Shown in pieces: positions 1 to 9,389 of a DNA stretch of 64,000 nt (position 1 is the first letter of the stretch; every line of letters starts with the position of its first letter). Where the stretch lies: assembly GCA_041600755.1 (NCBI GenBank), contig JBFIJL010000002.1:144850-208849 (forward strand). The letters run 5' to 3'. The notes below the pieces were generated by a model. That model was given only the letters and a program-made list of their open reading frames with translations. It did no database searches and had not been told where the DNA came from. The position numbers and the translations under genes are program-made. The stretch comes from Candidatus Saccharimonadales bacterium (lineage in GTDB: Bacteria; Patescibacteriota; Saccharimonadia; Saccharimonadales; JAXHNE01).

Positions 1-38
1 ACACCAATAACTGGTTGACTCATATTTGAAGTCGCCAT
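1..38 (-). CDS. 5' end of an unidentified gene running off the left edge (MATSNMSQPVIGV...)
   Basis: ATG at 38..36 (minus) is preceded by GGAGGG (47-52). Only 12 codons are visible, so the product cannot be identified. Confidence 0.25.
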   Translation of the reverse strand, partial: MATSNMSQPVIG

Positions 39-316
39 AAAATTAACCCTCCATAGGTTTAAAAACTCGCAATTAAATAACCAGGCAACGTTCACGGCAA
101 CTAGTATGCGAACGAATCCCTCGGAAAAAGTAGTCTCCACCAACTTCTTCAATGCGAATAGTACGTCCGGTCGTTAAGTTTGTAAACCGAGTTGTCCACA
201 CCTGACTTTCTACCCCCTGGTGGCATACGAAATTTAACAACAAAGCTGTCATAATAATTGCAACAACATGCTATTCATGTCGCATATATTTGCAGTTTTA
301 GTGATATAATTGTCTT

Positions 317-1039
317 ATGAAGAAGTTTGCGGCCTTCGATATCGACGGCACATTATTCCGAAGTGGACTATATCGAGAAGTTGTTGGCGAGCTGATTGAA
401 ATAGGTGCACTACCAGCACAACTTCATGACGCTCTTGCTGATAAGCACGATGCCTGGCGACGTCGCACCCATGGTCGGGCCTTTAAAGAATTTGAACAAT
501 TGCAAGTTGATCTATTTGAAGCTGAGCTTACAAAGCTCAAAATTTCTGATTTTGAGCGTGCAGCCGAACGAGTCATTACGAAGCACCGCGACAATGTCTA
601 CGTGTACACCCGTGAACTCGCCAAATCACTTAAAAACGAGGGTTATTTCCTTATTGCAATTTCTGGCTCTCAAACAGAGCTAGTTGCACCATTCGCCGAA
701 CATTACGGATTTGATGCCTGGATTGGTCAAGAGTACGAAAGAGGTGATGAATATTTCACTGGTATTGCTAAGAAGACGCACAAGAACAAAGGTCCGCTCC
801 TTCAATCTTTTATCGATAAGCATCAGCTGTCGCTCAAAGACAGCGTAGCAATCGGAGATTCTGCTGGCGATGTTGACCTCCTGACTATTGCCGAGCAACC
901 AATCGCCTTTAATCCTGGGCAAGATTTGATAGAGATTGCCATGAATAACCAATGGCCAATAGTCGTCGAGAGGAAGAACGTTATTTACCACATGAATCCT
1001 AGCATAGGAGGCTACCTTGTTGCCACGGCAAACGCCTGA
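317..1039 (+). CDS. HAD-superfamily hydrolase, subfamily IB (SerB-like)
   Basis: Carries the FDIDGTLF (DxDGT) motif plus ISGS and GDSAGD motifs. An extended -10 TGATATAAT lies at 302-310. Confidence 0.8.
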   Translation: MKKFAAFDIDGTLFRSGLYREVVGELIEIGALPAQLHDALADKHDAWRRRTHGRAFKEFEQLQVDLFEAELTKLKISDFERAAERVITKHRDNVYVYTRELAKSLKNEGYFLIAISGSQTELVAPFAEHYGFDAWIGQEYERGDEYFTGIAKKTHKNKGPLLQSFIDKHQLSLKDSVAIGDSAGDVDLLTIAEQPIAFNPGQDLIEIAMNNQWPIVVERKNVIYHMNPSIGGYLVATANA

Positions 1040-1046
1040 ATCACCG

Positions 1047-1793
1047 ATGTTTCCAGACCTGTTGTGGAGCAGGCCAGAAAACAAGCTTCATGCCGGAAAA
1101 CTGTTAGTAATCGGAGGAAACTCGTTTGGATTTTCGGCAGTTGGCGAGGCGTACGCGGAGGCGCGCAAAGCTGGAGCAGGGGAAGTACGCGTATTAATGC
1201 CAGATGCAATTAAAAAGATCGTTGGTGGCGTATTTGAGCACGCTCTGTTTGTCGCAAGCACTCGAGCTGGCAGTCTTGCCAAAGAAGCCTTAAGAGATTG
1301 TCTGGATGCGGCTACTTGGGCAGATGCGGTGCTAATTGTGGGCGACGTCAGTCGAAACGCCGAAACAGCCAGTTTGCTTGAGCAATTTGCCGAACACTAC
1401 AAGGGACAACTCACAGTCACCAAAGACGCACTCGAACTATTGCTCAAGCAAAATGACGCAATCTTGCAACGTGAACATACAACGCTAGTTATGACTATGT
1501 CAGACCTGCAAAAAGCTGCCCAAATTCGACATTTAGACGAGGCGCTAACTTTTGAAATATCTTTGGAAGTTTTTGCCGAGCGAATACGTCACCTATTGGA
1601 TGGTCTGGCGTGCTCTATCATGGTCAGGCGCCATGAGCTCATTATCACCGCTCATGCCCAAATGCTCTCCGTCACTGATTCCAATCCAGGAAAATGGAGG
1701 GTCAAGGCTGCTACAAACGCCGCGGTCTGGCGTCTTCAAAACCCAGAAAAACCCTTTGAATCTCTCACTACGAGCATCATTTCTGAAGCCTGA
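1047..1793 (+). CDS. YjeF_C/carbohydrate-kinase-like protein (possible NAD(P)H-hydrate dehydratase)
   Basis: LLVIGGN..GAGEVRVLMP and AVLIVGDVSRNAET resemble YjeF C-terminal domain motifs. The ORF-track start 1017 is TTG, and the first ATG is at 1047. Confidence 0.55.
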   Translation: MFPDLLWSRPENKLHAGKLLVIGGNSFGFSAVGEAYAEARKAGAGEVRVLMPDAIKKIVGGVFEHALFVASTRAGSLAKEALRDCLDAATWADAVLIVGDVSRNAETASLLEQFAEHYKGQLTVTKDALELLLKQNDAILQREHTTLVMTMSDLQKAAQIRHLDEALTFEISLEVFAERIRHLLDGLACSIMVRRHELIITAHAQMLSVTDSNPGKWRVKAATNAAVWRLQNPEKPFESLTTSIISEA

Positions 1794-1868
1794 ATAACAC
1801 CCCCGTGCTACTAAAACTTTTGAATATAAATAGCTTAACTACGATGGATATGGTATAATATTGATAAT

Positions 1869-2453
1869 ATGATGCGAAGAGTCAAGCCGGGAACACGGCC
1901 AAGCAGTGCAAGTGCATTCGGCGTTTTACGGCCGATTAACGAAAATTCACTTCCTTGGTTTCGTGGATTATTCGAAGGTGTGCCAGGCATAGTTCGAGGC
2001 ACCACACATCAAGACCAAAATCCTGCGCTTTCACTAGTAATGCGTCGAGCAGTTGAGATAGAAGCATTTGGCAACTACGATACGAAAGAAGTTCAGTCGC
2101 TCTTGTATGACAATATTCCGTCTTTGCGAAAACCTGTTAAATTTCAAATCGGTAGCATTGGTAAGTTTGTAACGAAGTCAGCCAACAGGCTCGCCATTGT
2201 TCCAGATCAGGAAACCTGCGATCGATTCAAAGAAGAAACTGCTCAGATTATCGACACTCTAGCTATAAATCTAGACGCATGGGACCTATACAACTTGATA
2301 ACCATGAAGCATGTTCCGCATGTTAGTGGCATACGCCTATACGAGAGTGCAACAACCGATGATATTCATGACGCGCAAAGAAGAGTGTACGCAAATTTGA
2401 AAAACACCCCAGATATCCCGGCTGTTCGAGCAGACGCCTTCATAGTTGTGTAG
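1869..2453 (+). CDS. hypothetical protein
   Basis: A 194-aa ORF with TGGTATAAT at 1851-1859 just upstream. No confident motif was found. The stop codon abuts repeat copy 1 of the tRNA-Leu duplication. Confidence 0.5.
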   Translation: MMRRVKPGTRPSSASAFGVLRPINENSLPWFRGLFEGVPGIVRGTTHQDQNPALSLVMRRAVEIEAFGNYDTKEVQSLLYDNIPSLRKPVKFQIGSIGKFVTKSANRLAIVPDQETCDRFKEETAQIIDTLAINLDAWDLYNLITMKHVPHVSGIRLYESATTDDIHDAQRRVYANLKNTPDIPAVRADAFIVV

Positions 2454-2459
2454 CACTAA

Positions 2460-2523
2460 TCCCAAGACAAAATAAAAAGCCCCATTTCTGGGACTCTTTA
2501 TTTGGTGCCGGAGGAGGGACTTG
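2460..2523. repeat. 64-bp direct repeat, copy 1 (orphan tRNA-Leu 3' end of 21 nt plus 43 nt of downstream flank)
   Basis: Identical base for base to 2626-2689 (TCCCAAGACAAAATAAAAAGCCCCATTTCTGGGACTCTTTATTTGGTGCCGGAGGAGGGACTTG). Confidence 0.9.
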
Positions 2524-2625
2524 CCTCGTAGAGAAAGAAAAATTACTTTCTCTGACACGACCCCAACCCCCTTAGGTCGTTCTGGGGCAAGGTGCGGGGA
2601 TTGCAGACATGCAATCCCGTTCAAG

Positions 2626-2689
2626 TCCCAAGACAAAATAAAAAGCCCCATTTCTGGGACTCTTTATTTGGTGCCGGAGGAGGGACTTG
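2626..2689. repeat. 64-bp direct repeat, copy 2 (overlaps the 3' end of intact tRNA-Leu and its weak terminator)
   Basis: Identical to 2460-2523, with an offset of 166 bp. Confidence 0.9.
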
Positions 2690-2753
2690 AACCCTCAATC
2701 CCGAAAGAACACGATTTTGAGTCGTGCGCGTATACCAATTCCGCCACTCCGGC
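2669..2753 (-). tRNA. tRNA-Leu (anticodon CAA), type II with long variable arm, encoded CCA
   Basis: The minus strand reads GCCGGAG..CACGA-CTCAAAA-TCGTG..GAGGGTTCAAGTCCCTC-CTCCGGC-ACCA. The acceptor, anticodon and T stems all pair. Confidence 0.9.
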
Positions 2754-2813
2754 TCGTCTTTGCAAGTAGACACCTGCTAAAACAGCACAATTGTACTATA
2801 CTTATATCTGTTT

Positions 2814-4046
2814 ATGCTACCCAATGATGACAATTTAACCAATCCAAATACTCACGCCTTGCCAAGTCGGAAAGAAAAGGTGCTTGAGCCGCTGCGTGCT
2901 TCTGCGCTCGTTGATGATCCAGATGCCGAAAACGCAATAAAGCTAATACGCAATAAGCTTGATTCAATTTATGGCAATGAACCTGATGTCAAAAAAGAGA
3001 TTGAAGAGGATAACGCTCATCACGGTCGACGCTCAAAACACCAACAGTTCATGCATGAACTGAGTACGAGCGGAAAATCGCTTGCCGAGATTCAAACTGC
3101 TTGGCATGAATATTATCAAGGGCTTACCGATCCTGAAAAACATAAAGTTTGGCAAGAATTCTACGCCGACTACAATAAACAGCCAGCTAGCAAAAGAACA
3201 GAACCCATCCATCCGGCAGCGCCCAAAGTAAGGCAGCCAAAGCAGCCCGTAGCCGTCCATCACGAGGCACCCCTAACCGACCCAAAAGCAATAAAAAAAC
3301 ACATCAGAGAAACTGCAAAGGCCAGGGCAGCCCAAAAAAATCATCACTTTGCCTCGATAAAATTTGGTCTAATGAGTGGCGTCTTAGTAGTTTTTGTTCT
3401 AATGTTTGGTTTTTTTAACGAACGAGTATTGACGCCGTTTATCCGCCCAAATGCCAATGCCAGTAACATCCCCCTCATCCTTGACGCCAACGAAGAAGTT
3501 GGACCCGAACCAATGCTAATTATTCCTAAAATAAATGTTCAAACGCCTGTTGTGTACGACGAAGAATCGATCGAGGAGGCGGCTGTCCAAACAGCCCTTG
3601 AGCGCGGTGTACTTCATTACGCGACCACGCCTGAACCGGGCGAGTTCGGAAACTCGGTTATTTTTGGCCATTCCAGCAACAACATACTCAACGGCGGCGA
3701 TTATAAATATGTGTTCGTGCAACTCAACAAAATGGAAATTGGCGACACTTTCTACATCCACAAAAATGGAACTCGATATGTCTATAAGATATTCGATAAA
3801 AAAATTGTCAGGCCCGACCAAGTATCAGTGCTTCAGAACGACGAATCTGACGCATCTATGACGCTCATTACTTGCGATCCGCCGGGAACAGCAATTAATA
3901 GACTCGTCGTAGTCGGTGAACAAATCTCACCAACTACTGACCAAAATACGCAAAGTTCGGTAGCTACAAGCCCAACTGAACCAGCAATATTACCATCGAA
4001 TTCACCTTCACTCTGGAGTCGCATTACAGGATGGTTCAGTAGCTAG
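2814..4046 (+). CDS. sortase-family transpeptidase with long N-terminal extension and one TM segment
   Basis: The C-terminal domain carries VIFGHSS and the TLITCDPPG catalytic Cys motif. Confidence 0.85.
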   Translation: MLPNDDNLTNPNTHALPSRKEKVLEPLRASALVDDPDAENAIKLIRNKLDSIYGNEPDVKKEIEEDNAHHGRRSKHQQFMHELSTSGKSLAEIQTAWHEYYQGLTDPEKHKVWQEFYADYNKQPASKRTEPIHPAAPKVRQPKQPVAVHHEAPLTDPKAIKKHIRETAKARAAQKNHHFASIKFGLMSGVLVVFVLMFGFFNERVLTPFIRPNANASNIPLILDANEEVGPEPMLIIPKINVQTPVVYDEESIEEAAVQTALERGVLHYATTPEPGEFGNSVIFGHSSNNILNGGDYKYVFVQLNKMEIGDTFYIHKNGTRYVYKIFDKKIVRPDQVSVLQNDESDASMTLITCDPPGTAINRLVVVGEQISPTTDQNTQSSVATSPTEPAILPSNSPSLWSRITGWFSS

Positions 4047-5536
4047 TTTGTCTGCTGCGTAGTTGCGTCGACAATCAATTCTGTTCGCTGAAGCGCAGCA
4101 CGCCCATCAACTGCCAGCGACGGAGCGATAGTAAAGCTTGCTGAATAATTTCCATTAAAGTACGGAATAATGCCGTCGTACGAACTACCCAAGGTGTGCT
4201 TATTGGTGCCGTCAAAATCAAATACGGTATGCACTCCTTCGCTAATTGCCGTTAAACGGTGTCCGTCCATCCAGGTGACCTTATGTGCAGCCGGAAGCGT
4301 AAGTTCGCTATCGAAACGAACGGTTTCTGCGTTTTCTGCATCATACACAATAAATTTCGATCCAGACTGTAAGGCTATAAACTGAGCATTCTGAGAAAAT
4401 GACACAAACTCAGGGTTATCTATCGGCAAGACAGCAGCCGGAACGATCGTTGCTGAAGAGTTCCTGCGCAGCGGCACAAGCGGATTTCGAAGCACATAGA
4501 CCTTGTTTTCGCTAGCAGCTCCGGCAACAACGTACCACTTGCCACTGTATTGAGCCATCTCAAGTAAGTACTTCTCAGCCCGCGGCAAAGTTTTTACAGT
4601 ATACGCCTCGCCACTCTCCACCATTCGTACCGAAACTTGTTCAGAGGCGGCATCTCCGCCATCCGTTACATAGACCATTTCATCATCACCATGGGTATGA
4701 AAATCAATCACATTGCTCACTACTACTTCATTTTCTCCGGTTCCTAAATCATACGTCAAAAGATCACGTGATTGCGCCTGATATATGTAGTACTGATCAA
4801 ACTTTTTATCTCTAAGTTGTAATCGCGTAAAAGGCGTGGTGATTGTTTTTGACAGATTCACAGAAAGTGTCGGCTCCTCAATATCAACTAAGACAAGTTC
4901 CACCTGATCGTCAAAAAAGTGGCGCAAAACAACACGCCGATTATCGTTCGACCATTCATTCAACTCGAAACGGTGAATGCTACCAGATTCGGTAAGCAAC
5001 CCTTCAGCAAGGTTTAAAACACGAGCAGTCTGCAAATCAGAATTAAGGTTAAACAGGTCAAAACTCATGAGTGAACCGGGTTCTTGTGCAAGTAGCCACT
5101 GTCTATCTGGGCTCTGCGTTGTGAATGGTGGTTGTCCTGCAAACAAGAATGCATCTGCAGTTTCGGGATTAACAGGGAACAGGAATGGGTACTGGAAACG
5201 TTCAATAAACCCACCGCGCAAAAGTACAGTTTGCGTCCATGAATGATACCCCTCGCGCTCAACAGAAATATCATAACTACCTTCATCAAGGATTAGGCGT
5301 TGGTCAGTCTGCCCCCTTAATCGTCCATTGATCACGACATTCGCTTGTTGCGGACTGGCGTCAACAAATAGAAGTCCATTTTGGGAGATGTTTCCTGTTC
5401 TAATATTAAACGTATAGCCGTAAGCCTGGAACAACAAGAGAACAGCAATCATCGTAATCAAGACACCCATCAATGCGTATCCGATGTAGAGTCTTGTGTT
5501 ATGTGCTTTTCGTTTTTTGGGATCTAAGAAATCCAT
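4043..5536 (-). CDS. membrane-anchored PEGA-domain protein
   Basis: An N-terminal TM helix is followed by a PEGA-like segment (VVINGRLRGQT..EGSYDISVEREGYHSW). The ATG at 5536 is preferred over the ORF-track start 5617. Confidence 0.65.
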   Translation of the reverse strand: MDFLDPKKRKAHNTRLYIGYALMGVLITMIAVLLLFQAYGYTFNIRTGNISQNGLLFVDASPQQANVVINGRLRGQTDQRLILDEGSYDISVEREGYHSWTQTVLLRGGFIERFQYPFLFPVNPETADAFLFAGQPPFTTQSPDRQWLLAQEPGSLMSFDLFNLNSDLQTARVLNLAEGLLTESGSIHRFELNEWSNDNRRVVLRHFFDDQVELVLVDIEEPTLSVNLSKTITTPFTRLQLRDKKFDQYYIYQAQSRDLLTYDLGTGENEVVVSNVIDFHTHGDDEMVYVTDGGDAASEQVSVRMVESGEAYTVKTLPRAEKYLLEMAQYSGKWYVVAGAASENKVYVLRNPLVPLRRNSSATIVPAAVLPIDNPEFVSFSQNAQFIALQSGSKFIVYDAENAETVRFDSELTLPAAHKVTWMDGHRLTAISEGVHTVFDFDGTNKHTLGSSYDGIIPYFNGNYSASFTIAPSLAVDGRAALQRTELIVDATTQQTN

Positions 5537-5641
5537 AATCTGACTTATTGTAGCGTATTGTTGCTCAACTATCCAGGAAGCGGTGTGCATTTGGCCGAAT
5601 ATTTTTAACTTGCACAACCGTCACCATTAGCGGTAAGATAC

Positions 5642-6715
5642 GTGGTAACGCCAATAAAGAGGGTAAGCGGCAAAATAGTGTCAACAAAAAACGATACAAT
5701 CGAGTTAAACGGTTATAAATACGACGCACGTACCGGCGCTAAGCTTGGCACTAGTTCTGGCGGTAGCGTGCGAAGCATGGATGGCCTTGTTCGTAATACG
5801 CGCACATCTGCTGTGCCCAAGAATATTGCCCCAACTTCTCCTAGCAAACACAGTCCCAAATCACCTCAACCGTCCCATACTGTTCACCAAAAAACCATTA
5901 AATCTAAGACACTCATGCGCAACAGCGTCAAAAAGCCAGTTCACGCCCCTAAGCCCGTGAATAAGCACTCAATACAGCCCAGGACCGCAAATCCACATCC
6001 GACACGTGTTGCTCGAGCAACTGAAACTCAAAAACACCCACATGTTTCAAAATTTCAAGCGAAAACATCCAGTCAGCCGCTTCCAGTAAAATCGGCACCG
6101 AACCATCAGCCGGCAGCAACTAGCAAAACAACTGAGCCATCTCGGGCTGTACTTCCACTTTCTCCTTTTGATATGGCGCTCAAAAAGGCCGACAGTCATC
6201 AACAGCTAGCTCCTTCAAAGCAAAACATTGCAAAACGAGCAGCAAAACAACTAAAAATAAGCACCCGTACACTTTCTGTAGGTCTAGGAATTATTACCGT
6301 CCTAGTAACTGGCGGATTATTTGCACGGCAACACATGTCATCGCTCGCAGTTCAGCTAGCTGCAACAAGGGCGGGGGTTGAGGCAAGACTTCCTGGCTAT
6401 CAACCAGCTGGTTTTGCGCTCGCTGGACCAATTGAATATTCTGCCGGACAAATCACATTGGCATACCAGTCAAACTCAGACACCCGTAACTTTAAAGTTG
6501 TACAGAAAAACTCCGACTGGACCAGCCAAGCCTTACTCGAAAACTTCGTACAAGCGAACGACGAGCCTTTTCAAACCGTCCAGGAAAATGGCAAAACAAT
6601 TTATATATATGACGGCAACAACGCAACATGGGTAAGTGGTGGCATTTGGTATCAGGTTGAAGGCGAGTCATCGCTCAACACCGACCAACTCTTGCGCATC
6701 GCCTCTGGCCTCTAG
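5642..6715 (+). CDS. hypothetical membrane protein (basic Pro/Lys-rich N-terminus, one TM, DUF4367-like C-terminal domain)
   Basis: A 357-aa ORF with a GTG start. It has a TM segment (LGIITVLVTGGLF) and a C-terminal beta-rich domain. Confidence 0.5.
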   Translation: MVTPIKRVSGKIVSTKNDTIELNGYKYDARTGAKLGTSSGGSVRSMDGLVRNTRTSAVPKNIAPTSPSKHSPKSPQPSHTVHQKTIKSKTLMRNSVKKPVHAPKPVNKHSIQPRTANPHPTRVARATETQKHPHVSKFQAKTSSQPLPVKSAPNHQPAATSKTTEPSRAVLPLSPFDMALKKADSHQQLAPSKQNIAKRAAKQLKISTRTLSVGLGIITVLVTGGLFARQHMSSLAVQLAATRAGVEARLPGYQPAGFALAGPIEYSAGQITLAYQSNSDTRNFKVVQKNSDWTSQALLENFVQANDEPFQTVQENGKTIYIYDGNNATWVSGGIWYQVEGESSLNTDQLLRIASGL

Positions 6716-6749
6716 AAAATCACCTCTGTTTGTGGCATACTAGCTATCT

Positions 6750-8177
6750 ATGAAGACACGCACTAGATTCGCACCAAGCCCAACTGGCTATTTACATGTT
6801 GGAGCAATGCGCACAGCCTTGTTTGCCTGGCTATTAGCGCGCCAAGATGGTGGAAAGTTTATACTGCGCCTTGAAGACACAGACCAAAAACGTGAGGTTA
6901 GTGGAGCCGATGAACACATCATGAAATCTCTCAAGGCTTTAGGCCTTCAATATGATGAAGGGCCAGATGCTGATGGCGATTTTGGACCTTACCGTCAATC
7001 CGAGCGTCTAGAAATCTACCAAGAATGGGCAAAAAAACTAGTTGAAAAGGGTAGAGCGTATGCTGATCCCTATACGTCCGCCGAAGTTCAATCATTCCGT
7101 GAGCAAGCACAGAAAAGCAAAAAGCCATTTTTGTATCGCAATCACCGCCCGAAGACACCGCCCACCTGGGACGACAGTACGCCATTGAGGTTAAAATCTG
7201 ACCCAAAAAGCTACACCTGGACTGATGCCGTAATGGGAAAGCTTCACTCTGGGCCAGAAGTGATAGACGATATTATTCTTATCAAATCTGATGGCTTTCC
7301 AACCTACAATTTTGCGCATATTATCGATGACTTATTAATGGAGTGTACACATGTAATTCGCGGCCAAGAATTCACAGCCAGCACACCAAACTATCTAAAC
7401 ATATACGAAGCACTGGAAATCACACCTCCAATTCTTGCAACTGTGCCACCAATCTTGGGACCAGGTGGCAACAAAAAACTCAGCAAACGAGATGGCGCCA
7501 AAGACATCCTTGAGTACATCGAGGACGGAATCTTACCGGCGGCATTGATCAACTTCATTGCCAGTTTAGGCTGGAACGATGGCACCGAGCAAGAATTATT
7601 TTCTGTTGATGAATTAATCCAAAAATTCAGTTTAGACCGCGTCCAACGCAGCGGAGCACAGTTTGACGATCGGCGATTGCTATGGATGAACGGCGGACAC
7701 ATCCGGGCTATGGATATCGACACCCTATACGAGAAGGTTGCCGCCTACTGGTCAGCTAGTGCGGCCACGGCTGACGAAGAATACAAAAAACAAGTCCTTG
7801 CGCTTACTCAAGAACGTCTCAAGTTGTTTTCAGAGCTACCAATGCTTACTAATTTTTTCTTTGAAGACCTTCCTGTTGATATGACACTTATAACAGAGCA
7901 CAAGCAGCTAAAGAAGCTTGAACAAGAAGAGCTAAAAAAGCTCCTGAGTGACGCCAAACAGACACTAGACGCTAGTGATTTCACAGCCCCAGATATTCAA
8001 GAACGATTAAACACACTTCTTGAGACTAGTGGACAAAAGCCGGCCGTCTTATTTAGCCTGATTCGTATCGCTACAACCTGGGCGCCATTCAGCCCGAGCC
8101 TTGCCGAAACCCTAGAAGTAATCGGCCGCGAAAAAGCCATGTCCCGCTTGGAAAATTCACTGAATTCGCTGAACTGA
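6750..8177 (+). CDS. gltX: glutamate--tRNA ligase
   Basis: RFAPSPTGYLHVG (HIGH-type) and KLSKRDG (KMSKS-type) motifs are present, and the length is right. Confidence 0.95.
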   Translation: MKTRTRFAPSPTGYLHVGAMRTALFAWLLARQDGGKFILRLEDTDQKREVSGADEHIMKSLKALGLQYDEGPDADGDFGPYRQSERLEIYQEWAKKLVEKGRAYADPYTSAEVQSFREQAQKSKKPFLYRNHRPKTPPTWDDSTPLRLKSDPKSYTWTDAVMGKLHSGPEVIDDIILIKSDGFPTYNFAHIIDDLLMECTHVIRGQEFTASTPNYLNIYEALEITPPILATVPPILGPGGNKKLSKRDGAKDILEYIEDGILPAALINFIASLGWNDGTEQELFSVDELIQKFSLDRVQRSGAQFDDRRLLWMNGGHIRAMDIDTLYEKVAAYWSASAATADEEYKKQVLALTQERLKLFSELPMLTNFFFEDLPVDMTLITEHKQLKKLEQEELKKLLSDAKQTLDASDFTAPDIQERLNTLLETSGQKPAVLFSLIRIATTWAPFSPSLAETLEVIGREKAMSRLENSLNSLN

Positions 8178-8237
8178 ACTTAACCATCGCGCCCAAACAC
8201 TAGCATCATAGGCCCGTAGACTGGTACAATGCACACA

Positions 8238-9380
8238 ATGGAAAATCAAGACACTCACGCACCCGGCCCTGGCATTGCGCCGCCACCAAAAAAACATGGC
8301 AAGATAAAGGCAAAGATTCATCAACTAATTGCGCCTTGGCAACGTTTGCCGCTTAGAAACCGTGTACTTATTTTGGTAATTTTTGGGATTTTTATTACAT
8401 CCGCCACGGTTACTGCTCTTAAGGTCTTTACTAAGACTCCGGAACCTGCCCCGGTTGCATATGCGCCAGCTCCAGAACCGGAACCAGAGCCAATCAAAAC
8501 AACCGCTCCATCACCTCTAACTGGAGTCGAAGTAGACATACCGCTCAGTAAACTACCCGTTACTGCTGTCATGATAGAAAACAGCCCTGATGCTCGCCCG
8601 CAGTCTGGACTCAATCAAGCGGGTGTAGTTTTTGAGGCTATCGCCGAAGGTGGTATCACACGGTTCAACGCCTTGTTCCAAGAAGCTCAGCCAGACTATA
8701 TAGGTCCAGTTCGATCAGTGCGACCATATTATCTAGACTTCTTCGTGCCGTTCGATGCTGCGATTGCACACGCTGGCGGTAGCGGACAGGCTTTGGCCGA
8801 AATACAAAATCAAGGAATAAAAGATATCGACCAATCGTTCAACCCCGGATATTATCAGCGCGTCAGCAGTCGATACTCTCCACACAACCTCTACACAAGT
8901 CGCGCTCAACTTCTTGAACTGCAAAAAAGTAAAGGCTTTACCGAGAGTAAATTCATTGGCTATCCGCGCAAGGCAGAAGAGCCAGCTGAAGTCACGACCG
9001 CCAATAACATCGCATTTGATATATCTGGATTTCTATATAACACCAGCTACACTTACGACAAAGCTAGCAACAGCTACCTGCGAAGCCTAGCAGGCAAGCC
9101 ACACACCGATGAACGCTCTGGCGCACAAATCTCACCGAAAGTTGTCATCGCCCTGGAATCTTCCCATCACTACCAAGGTATTTACTCTGTTTATCAAGTT
9201 ACTGGCAGCGGTGGAGTGACCGTTTTTCAAGATGGGGTCGCAACCAAAGGCACTTGGTCAAAGGCCGGCCGAACTAGTATGTTTGAATTTAAAACCACCG
9301 ATGGTGAGCCGCTCAAACTAAATGCAGGCCAAACCTGGATAACAATGATACCGGCTGGCAAATACAGCTTCGGACTTTAG
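8238..9380 (+). CDS. DUF3048-domain protein (secreted or membrane-anchored)
   Basis: MIENSPDARPQSGLNQAGVVFEAIAEGGITRF is typical of DUF3048. The -10 TACAAT at 8225-8230 overlaps the ORF-track ATG at 8229, so the ATG at 8238 is more likely. Confidence 0.7.
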   Translation: MENQDTHAPGPGIAPPPKKHGKIKAKIHQLIAPWQRLPLRNRVLILVIFGIFITSATVTALKVFTKTPEPAPVAYAPAPEPEPEPIKTTAPSPLTGVEVDIPLSKLPVTAVMIENSPDARPQSGLNQAGVVFEAIAEGGITRFNALFQEAQPDYIGPVRSVRPYYLDFFVPFDAAIAHAGGSGQALAEIQNQGIKDIDQSFNPGYYQRVSSRYSPHNLYTSRAQLLELQKSKGFTESKFIGYPRKAEEPAEVTTANNIAFDISGFLYNTSYTYDKASNSYLRSLAGKPHTDERSGAQISPKVVIALESSHHYQGIYSVYQVTGSGGVTVFQDGVATKGTWSKAGRTSMFEFKTTDGEPLKLNAGQTWITMIPAGKYSFGL

Positions 9381-9389
9381 GGAGATAGG

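Noticed and set aside
2521-2769. ORFs 2521-2769 (+) and 2337-2651 (-) in the tRNA-Leu region.
   Set aside because: They overlap the tRNA gene and the 64-bp repeats, and their sequences are artefacts of translating structured or duplicated DNA.
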